From positions 1 through 30,133 of IMG/VR virus record IMGVR_UViG_3300033518_000070: a stretch of 30,133 bases of DNA; one strand, 5' to 3'. A model generated the notes under the pieces. It ran no database searches, was not told where the DNA came from, and worked only from the letters and a program-made list of their open reading frames with translations. Source of the DNA: a virus. Its lineage: Duplodnaviria; Caudoviricetes. A program made the translations under genes and the position numbers. Position 1 is the stretch's first letter, and each line of letters opens with the position of its first letter. This document shows positions 1-6,015 of the stretch, piece after piece.

Positions 1-561
1 AGTGATGAAAGTTTTGATAGTTTTTTAAATGGATTGAAATCTACTTATGAAGCAAAAATTGAAGCAGAACGCAAAGCAGAGGAAGAAATAATTGCAAAAG
101 AAAAGGCTGATGCAGAAGCAAGGGAACAACAAAGATTAGAAAATGAAAGACTAAAAGCCGAAGCAGAGAAAAGAGAAAAGGAAATTGAAGCGGAGCGAAA
201 AGCTAATGAACAAAAATTAGCAGAAGAAAGAGCAAAAGCAAAAGCCGAAGCAGATAGAATTGAAGCTGAAAATAAAGCAAAATTAAAAGCAGAGCAAGAA
301 GCAAAAGCAAAAATTGAAGCTGAATTACAAGCTAAAAAAGCCGCTGAAATTAAAGCAGAAAATGACCGCAAACAAGCCGAATTAAAAGCAAAAGCCGAAG
401 CAGAAAAAAACGCAAAAGCACCAATAAAAAAACAATTGTCTATTTGGGTTGATGGGTTTTCAATTGCTGAAATTAATGTTGAAAATGAGAAAAAAGCATT
501 GATAAAAGAAAAGTTTGAAGCGTTTAAAAAATGGGCTAAAAATGAAATTGAAAGTATTTAG
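1..561 (+). CDS. Coiled-coil (K/E/A-rich) hypothetical protein, 5'-truncated; gene of cassette A
   Basis: The frame is open from base 1 (SDESFDSFLNGLKSTYEAK...), so the TTG at 34 is probably not the true start. It has long EAEK/AKAEA helical repeats and stops at TAG 559-561. Confidence 0.8.
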   Translation, partial: SDESFDSFLNGLKSTYEAKIEAERKAEEEIIAKEKADAEAREQQRLENERLKAEAEKREKEIEAERKANEQKLAEERAKAKAEADRIEAENKAKLKAEQEAKAKIEAELQAKKAAEIKAENDRKQAELKAKAEAEKNAKAPIKKQLSIWVDGFSIAEINVENEKKALIKEKFEAFKKWAKNEIESI

Positions 562-603
562 TCAAAAGTTTGTCGGTATGGTGGGGTTTCCTGCCATATC
601 GCC

Positions 604-729
604 TAACGTTATGCAGATTGCCGAAGGTGGCGAATACGAAGCACTAAACTTGATATAAAAACAAATGTTAAACCGAAGCACAACAGTTGATATTAGCACC
701 AACCCGCCACTTTTGGCAATGTGCAGTTA
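604..729. repeat. attC-like hairpin element 1
   Basis: TAAC(604)...GTTA(726-729). Arms are TGCAGATTGCCGAAGGTGGCG (612-632) and CGCCACTTTTGGCAATGTGCA (705-725). The loop has AGCAC-like motifs. Confidence 0.85.
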
Positions 730-759
730 TAAGCCGTTTTTCTTCACAAATCTAAAGTA

Positions 760-1083
760 ATGGAATATAAAGAAGCAAAGGAAATTGTTGGCAAATTTAA
801 AGAAGCCATAACCAAACTTGAATGGGACGCAAGCAGCTATTATAGCACTAAAGAAAGATTCCAAAAATTAGAAGATAAAAACAAAGAGCTAAAAACCGAA
901 CTTGATGAAGCAAAGAGATTTAAACGATACTTTAATCTTTTAGCATCTGCTTCAAATGTTGAAATTTGCCAACAATGCGATGGATGCGGTGGCGGATATA
1001 TTGATATGGGTGAACAAGGTGCGGAAGGTTGGGAATGCGATGTTTGTTCAGGTACAGGAATTGTCGATAAGGTGGTGTCCTAA
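760..1083 (+). CDS. Hypothetical protein with C-terminal DnaJ-type CxxCxGxG zinc finger; gene of cassette B
   Basis: CQQCDGCGG...CDVCSGTG after a short coiled coil. The stop overlaps the cassette-end inverted repeat. Confidence 0.8.
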   Translation: MEYKEAKEIVGKFKEAITKLEWDASSYYSTKERFQKLEDKNKELKTELDEAKRFKRYFNLLASASNVEICQQCDGCGGGYIDMGEQGAEGWECDVCSGTGIVDKVVS

Positions 1084-1092
1084 AATGGCTTA

Positions 1093-1216
1093 TAACGATT
1101 TTGCTTTACGCAGGTGGGGATTTCGGAGAACGAATTTTCAACTTAGCACTAAAGCCAAATCGGAGAACTGAACTTGATTTAACCACGTCAACCCCACTTG
1201 CGTAAAGCATTTGTTA
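1093..1216. repeat. attC-like hairpin element 2
   Basis: TAAC(1093)...GTTA(1213-1216). Arms are TGCTTTACGCAGGTGGGG (1102-1119) and CCCCACTTGCGTAAAGCA (1192-1209). Confidence 0.85.
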
Positions 1217-1275
1217 GTGGCTGCCGTTTCACGATAATGCCTTGAGCGGCTTTGTAAAACTCACAATTTAAAAAG

Positions 1276-1548
1276 ATGGAAAATTCATCAGCGTTACAAG
1301 GGTTTACTTACGAAGAAGAAGTAACCAAAAACAAACAGTTAAGAAAAGATACGGATGATATTATTCAGCGTATCAAAGACCTGCCATCAAGCCGTGAAAG
1401 AAGTTTGGCAATTACTAAACTTCAAGAAGGTGTAATGTGGTTAGGAATGGATTTAAAACGACTTGGGGAAGCTAATCCATACCCATCAAGCAAAGATGCT
1501 TCAACGGGAACGGTAATTGAACCAACTGCTGACGGATTAAAGCTGTAA
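1276..1548 (+). CDS. Acb2/Tad1-like helical-hairpin protein (putative anti-defence signal sponge); gene of cassette C
   Basis: The motif IIQRIKDLPSSRERSLAITKLQEGVMWL resembles, from memory, the RE-x-x-AITKLEEA-x-MWL hairpin of Tad1/Acb2-family proteins. 90 aa. Confidence 0.6.
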   Translation: MENSSALQGFTYEEEVTKNKQLRKDTDDIIQRIKDLPSSRERSLAITKLQEGVMWLGMDLKRLGEANPYPSSKDASTGTVIEPTADGLKL

Positions 1549-1599
1549 CAAATTGTGGTCGTAGGATGCTATTTTAGGAGGGTGTCCTACGGTTGCCAC

Positions 1600-1726
1600 T
1601 AACGTTTTGTGGCTTTGCGTTCGTTGGGGATTTCCAGCACTAAAGCCGATTGATAGTACAAATTTTAATTTAAGCACAAATGATTATAGATAGCACTAAA
1701 GCCCCAATGACGCAAAACCACTGTTA
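1600..1726. repeat. attC-like hairpin element 3
   Basis: TAAC(1600)...GTTA(1723-1726). Arms are GTGGCTTTGCGTTCGTTGGGG (1609-1629) and CCCCAATGACGCAAAACCAC (1702-1721). Confidence 0.85.
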
Positions 1727-2369
1727 TACGCTGCCCTTATCGGAGGTTTATAATGAAGATTGCATTGAGGTAATGAAACGATACGAGGACAATTATTTTG
1801 ATATTGCAGTAGTTGACCCACCATACGGATTAGATTTAGCAAATATGAATATGGGTGCAGGTAAAAGTAAAAAGGCATCTAAAATACAAAATAGAAAATG
1901 GAAGCCGAAAGATTGGGATAAAGAAACTCCGACTGCTGAATATTTTGCTGAATTGTTTAGAATATCAAAAAATCAAATCATTTGGGGTGGAAATTACTTT
2001 GACTTACCACCTTGCAAAAATTACATTATTTGGGATAAAGAAATACCCGAAGGACTGTCATTTGCAGATTGTGAAATGGCTTGGACTTCATTTGATAAAG
2101 CACCAAAAATGTTTAGATACTCTGCATATTTGGATAAACAAAGTAAATTTCATCCAACACAAAAGCCTGTTAAATTATATGATTGGATTTTTCACAAATA
2201 CGCTAAAGAAGGAATGAAAATAATTGATACTCATTTAGGCTCTGGCAGTAGTAGAATTTCAGCAAACAGATATAAATTAGACTTTGTCGGTTGTGAAATT
2301 GATGAGGAATACTTTAATAAACAAAATAGAAGATATGCAGATTTCATTTCGCAGACGAGGCTCTTTTAG
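1680..2369 (+). CDS. DNA methyltransferase (N6-adenine/N4-cytosine, beta class); gene of cassette D
   Basis: VYNEDC start strand, catalytic DPPY, HPTQKP, SAM-binding IIDTHLGSGS and GCEID. Motif IV comes before motif I. Confidence 0.92.
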   Translation: MIIDSTKAPMTQNHCYTLPLSEVYNEDCIEVMKRYEDNYFDIAVVDPPYGLDLANMNMGAGKSKKASKIQNRKWKPKDWDKETPTAEYFAELFRISKNQIIWGGNYFDLPPCKNYIIWDKEIPEGLSFADCEMAWTSFDKAPKMFRYSAYLDKQSKFHPTQKPVKLYDWIFHKYAKEGMKIIDTHLGSGSSRISANRYKLDFVGCEIDEEYFNKQNRRYADFISQTRLF

Positions 2370-2400
2370 GGTTGCGTATAACTTGTGGCTATGCGCAATT
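2368..2400. other. Terminal half-site of the cassette array (candidate attI-like site)
   Basis: AGGGTTGCGTATAAC followed by TTGTGGCTATGCG, which resembles the left arm of element 3, but no partner arm or GTTA box follows at the expected distance. Confidence 0.5.
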
Positions 2401-2432
2401 AAACGATTTAGTAAATTATAAATTATAATAAA

Positions 2433-2597
2433 ATGAAACAATATCATATTACTTATCAAAAACAAGAAATACCTATATTATTAGCAGGTGTTACTTTAAT
2501 AGCTATATCAATGGAATATGCGCTAAAAGATTTTAGAACTAAATATCCAAATATTAACCCTTTAACAATTTCTGAACATGAAATATACCAAAATTAA
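2433..2597 (+). CDS. Small hypothetical protein (54 aa, not in the ORF track)
   Basis: ATG at 2433 after an A-rich leader gives MKQYHITYQKQEIPILLAGVTLIAISMEYALKDFRTKYPNINPLTISEHEIYQN*. It overlaps the next start. Confidence 0.6.
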   Translation: MKQYHITYQKQEIPILLAGVTLIAISMEYALKDFRTKYPNINPLTISEHEIYQN

Positions 2598-2883
2598 TAC
2601 AAAAACTAAAAAAGTAGTAGACCAATCAGGATTTTTTAATCCTAATATTGATAAAGATTTAATTATAAAAGATAGATACAAGCACACAATTATTGGTTAT
2701 ATTCTTGGTAATAGAGTAGCTAAATTTAACTTAAAATGGTGCGATTTTCAAACAGTTAAATATATTAACCAAACACAATGCCCAAAAACTAAAAAAAGGT
2801 ATCACGCTTGGCATTGTTGGAAAGAACAAAGTAATAAATATACAACAGTTTTAACAGAATTAATAAAAGAATCGAGGATATAG
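2578..2883 (+). CDS. Hypothetical protein
   Basis: 101-aa basic ORF followed by a terminator. Confidence 0.6.
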   Translation: MKYTKINTKTKKVVDQSGFFNPNIDKDLIIKDRYKHTIIGYILGNRVAKFNLKWCDFQTVKYINQTQCPKTKKRYHAWHCWKEQSNKYTTVLTELIKESRI

Positions 2884-2919
2884 AAACAGTAATAATCAAA
2901 TAATTTGTAATAAATAAAA

Positions 2920-2953
2920 CAAAAAAAAGCACTTTAACGGGTGCTTTTTTTGT
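2920..2953. terminator. Intrinsic terminator, likely bidirectional
   Basis: CAAAAAAAAGCACT-TTAACG-GGTGCTTTTTTTG: a stem with an A-tract before and a T-tract after. Confidence 0.8.
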
Positions 2954-2954
2954 G

Positions 2955-3170
2955 TTTGCAAGGGTACATGAAAACGTAAAATACTGATATTCAACATTTG
3001 CAAGGGTAGAAATAAAAACTTCAAAGTTTAAATGAAAATATTTTTTTTTTTTTTTTTTTGTAAAATATTATTTTATTATCTCATATATTATAGTAATTAT
3101 ACCCTTGTATCTCTTGTTGCACTCTATAAGTCAAGCTGTGACTAGGTTTGCAAAGCAAGACAAGAGTAAG
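2955..3170. other. Candidate replication origin (iteron-like repeats around an AT-rich core)
   Basis: TTTGCAAGGGTA at 2955 and 2997, inverted TACCCTTG at 3100, CAAGAGTA at 3161 and a T19 run at 3041-3059. Non-coding and upstream of the primase-helicase. Confidence 0.45.
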
Positions 3171-3205
3171 TTTGAGTAGAATTTTCTTCTATTGTTGTTT
3201 TTTAC

Positions 3206-3213
3206 TATATTTG
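3206..3213 (+). promoter_or_regulatory. Bacteroidota-type -7 promoter box (TAnnTTTG)
   Basis: TATATTTG ending 15 nt before ATG 3229. Confidence 0.6.
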
Positions 3214-3228
3214 CAAAAAAAAAGAATT

Positions 3229-3780
3229 ATGAAAGCATTTATTTATTTTTTTAAGCACAATGATTTATCACCAATAAAGATTGGGTTTTCGATAAACGGC
3301 TCACTTGATGAAACTTTTAAGCAGTTCAGCACTTATTCACCACATATAGGGGAGATAGTTGGATTTGTCGAGGTTGATAATCCAAACAGGGTTAATAGTT
3401 ATCTACATTTTAAATATTCTAATAAGAAGCTAAATGGTAACTGGTTTGATATTTCAATTGAAGAGGCAAAAAAAGAATTAAATATTATTAGGTCAAAAGA
3501 TGAGATTGAAAAAAGGAATAATTTTGAGTTATTTTTTGCAAAACAACTTGGATTTGTAGAAAAAGAAAATACCCTAGAAAATGCTATATTAACTGTATTG
3601 TCAATCCCTACTGATAATAGTGGTTTATTTTTAACGGCAACAGAAATACAATCAATGATAATTGACAATACAGAATATCCATGCAACAGTCTTAAAATGT
3701 TAGGTATTGAATTAAAAAAACTATTTGGCGCTCCTAAATTTATAGACAGAAATTATAAATATTATGTTGCTTTATTATAA
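3229..3780 (+). CDS. GIY-YIG/T5orf172-like domain protein with a C-terminal domain paralogous to the primase C-terminus
   Basis: FIYFFK...IKIGFS...LHFKY...LNGNWF pattern. The likely start is MKAFIY (3229) rather than TTG 3148, because the promoter box lies between them. Confidence 0.7.
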   Translation: MKAFIYFFKHNDLSPIKIGFSINGSLDETFKQFSTYSPHIGEIVGFVEVDNPNRVNSYLHFKYSNKKLNGNWFDISIEEAKKELNIIRSKDEIEKRNNFELFFAKQLGFVEKENTLENAILTVLSIPTDNSGLFLTATEIQSMIIDNTEYPCNSLKMLGIELKKLFGAPKFIDRNYKYYVALL

Positions 3781-3795
3781 TTTTTAATATATTTG
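3767..3795 (+). promoter_or_regulatory. Bacteroidota-type promoter (-33 TTG / -7 TATATTTG) for the replication operon
   Basis: TTG 3767-3769, an 18-nt spacer, then TATATTTG 3788-3795. Confidence 0.7.
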
Positions 3796-3796
3796 C

Positions 3797-3880
3797 AATA
3801 TGTAGTTTGAGCTTAGCGGTTCAACGCAAGTGGTTCACGTTCCAGCTACATATTCTTTTTATAAACGTGAATAAAAACGT
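3797..3880 (+). promoter_or_regulatory. Structured 5' leader / possible attenuator of the primase operon
   Basis: The stem AATATGTAGTT/AGCTACATATT is followed by CTTTTT. There is an inner hairpin, and TTCACGTT (3834-3841) is complementary to AACGTGAA (3864-3871). Confidence 0.5.
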
Positions 3881-3888
3881 ATTAAAAC

Positions 3889-6015
3889 ATGATTAGTTAT
3901 TGGAGGGGCGTTAAAATCGTAGACAAAGATATTGAGAGAACCTCAATAGATGAATTTTTAGAACGAGTTAAAACGGGTTATTGGAAAGAACAAGTAGAAC
4001 TTGTTAGGTCCGAAGAAAGTAAAGACAGAAGAAAGGTAATCAAAGAAACATTACCAGCGGTTACAATTGGAGGCGTTTTTTCAAAAAGAAGTCAAGATAA
4101 TTTAGAAAATCATTCAGGGTTTATTTGTATTGATGTTGATGATTATACCGATAGAACAAAAATCAATTCAGATGAATATACGTACGCTTCTTTACTTTCA
4201 GTTAGTGGTACTGGTTTTGCGGTTATATGTAAGATTGACCCTTCAAAACATAAAGAATCTTATAATTTTTTATCCGAGCATTATTTTAAGACATACGGTA
4301 TAGTCGTTGATGAAGCTCCAAAAAATGTAGCATCCGCTAGGTTTGTATCTTATGACCCTTATTTATATTTGAATATTAAATCAAAGAAATCAAAAAATAA
4401 AGTTGAAAAGAAAAAACAAGTTCCGAATTTATCAATATTAGTTCCTAAAAGTGATATTTGTGATTTAGTTAACCAAGTTAATAAATCAGTAGTTGATGAA
4501 TATTCGGATTATTTGGCTTTATCTTTTTCAATTGCGTGCGGATTTGGTGAAAGTGGACGAGAATATTTTTATAAAATTTGTTCATTTTCTGAAAAGTTTA
4601 ATTTTGAACAATCAAAAAAGCAGTATGATATAGCATTAAAAAGAAACGGTACAGGTGTAACGGTAGGGACGTTTTATTATTTTTTAAAACAAGGAGGCGT
4701 TGACCTTTCAAGTTATTCAGCAAATAAGGCTATTTCTAATGTGAAGTTAGCGAAGCGAATGAACACGCCAAAAAAAGAAATAGTAAGAGAGCTATCAAAA
4801 GAAAAAAACATTGATGAAGAGCAGGCTTTAGAAATAGTTGAGGAGGTTTATAGTAGAAATGATTTAGATATACGCAATGATTCAGGAGCTGAAAACATGA
4901 TTGTAAATGTGTCTAATTATATACTAAAAAAATATAAAATAAGAAAAAATATAATAACTAGAAAATATGAATGGGACGGAGTTCCTATGTATGACAAAGA
5001 ATTTAACACGGTTTTTTTAGATTGCAGAATGATATTTGATGACAAGTCAATAACCTTTGACATTGTTAATAGAATAATACAATCAACTGCAATACCTGAA
5101 TATAATCCATTTTTTGAATATATCGAAGCTAATAAATTCAGAACATCGACAGGAAACATTGAAAAATTATGTAGGACTATTGAAAGTAACACTGCAATAA
5201 AAGACAGATTTATAAGGAAATGGCTGTTAAGTATTATAGCGTGCATATATGGTCATCCAGTTCGTTCCGTACTTGCATTGACAGGCGGACAAAACACGGG
5301 TAAGACAGAATGGTTTAGACGATTATTGCCTAGTGCATTACAGCCGTATTATTCTGAATCTAATTTAGATAGGGGAAAAGATGATGAACTTTTAATGTCT
5401 GAAAAATTAATTGTTATGGATGATGAAATGGGCGGTAAGTCAAAAAGTGATGAAAAGAAATTTAAGGAATTAACGTCAAAAAATTACTTTTCATTGCGTG
5501 CCGCTTATGGTCGTTATAATGAGGATTATAAGCGTTTAGCCTTATTATGTGGCACTTCAAATGACCATCAGTTAATAAATGACAGTACTGGTAATACAAG
5601 AATTTTGCCAATAGATGTTAATTATATAAATCACGATTTATATAATTCAATAGACAAAGATGAGCTGTTTATTGAATTACATAGAGCTTATTCAAATGGG
5701 GAAATATATCAACTGGAGGTAACAGAACTTGAAATATTAAACGAAGTAGGCAAACAGTTTGAGAGCATTCCATTTGAAAGAGAATTAATAAATAAATTCT
5801 TCAGCATACCAAAAGAAGACGGCGAATGGTTAACGGCAACCGAAATAAAAGATTTAATCGAAACGCATTCAAGACAGCGAATTTTGTCAATGAAAAAACT
5901 AGGTTCGGAGTTAAAGCAAATTTTTGGCAATCCTAGATTTAAAGACAGAACGAATAAATATTATATTCAAAGAAAAGCCGAAATTATCAAATCAATAAAC
6001 CCCTTTGATATATGA
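3889..6015 (+). CDS. Primase-helicase (BT4734-like/VirE N-terminal domain, PriCT-2-like region, VirE/VapE P-loop helicase)
   Basis: LPAVTIGGVF...HSGFICIDVD and RFVSYDP; VTVGTFYY; Walker A GGQNTGKT; Walker B LIVMDDE; CGTSN; DSTGNTR. Confidence 0.88.
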   Translation: MISYWRGVKIVDKDIERTSIDEFLERVKTGYWKEQVELVRSEESKDRRKVIKETLPAVTIGGVFSKRSQDNLENHSGFICIDVDDYTDRTKINSDEYTYASLLSVSGTGFAVICKIDPSKHKESYNFLSEHYFKTYGIVVDEAPKNVASARFVSYDPYLYLNIKSKKSKNKVEKKKQVPNLSILVPKSDICDLVNQVNKSVVDEYSDYLALSFSIACGFGESGREYFYKICSFSEKFNFEQSKKQYDIALKRNGTGVTVGTFYYFLKQGGVDLSSYSANKAISNVKLAKRMNTPKKEIVRELSKEKNIDEEQALEIVEEVYSRNDLDIRNDSGAENMIVNVSNYILKKYKIRKNIITRKYEWDGVPMYDKEFNTVFLDCRMIFDDKSITFDIVNRIIQSTAIPEYNPFFEYIEANKFRTSTGNIEKLCRTIESNTAIKDRFIRKWLLSIIACIYGHPVRSVLALTGGQNTGKTEWFRRLLPSALQPYYSESNLDRGKDDELLMSEKLIVMDDEMGGKSKSDEKKFKELTSKNYFSLRAAYGRYNEDYKRLALLCGTSNDHQLINDSTGNTRILPIDVNYINHDLYNSIDKDELFIELHRAYSNGEIYQLEVTELEILNEVGKQFESIPFERELINKFFSIPKEDGEWLTATEIKDLIETHSRQRILSMKKLGSELKQIFGNPRFKDRTNKYYIQRKAEIIKSINPFDI

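Noticed and set aside
956-1171. 71-aa + strand ORF
   Set aside because: It overlaps the zinc-finger gene out of frame and runs through hairpin element 2, so it is probably a by-product.
604-1726. Repeats as a CRISPR array or as plain terminators
   Set aside because: The elements are about 125 bp, diverge in sequence and are separated by whole genes. No cas genes are present, the loops are about 70 nt and there are no U-tracts.
3148-3228. TTG-initiated extension of the T5orf172-like ORF
   Set aside because: It spans the promoter box and low-complexity sequence. ATG 3229 fits the domain start better.
3797-3860. tRNA gene (contains GGTTCAA)
   Set aside because: No cloverleaf, D-arm or anticodon arm can be drawn.
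3724-5964. DGR template/variable repeat pair
   Set aside because: The mismatches are not confined to adenines of one copy, both copies are coding, and no reverse transcriptase is present.
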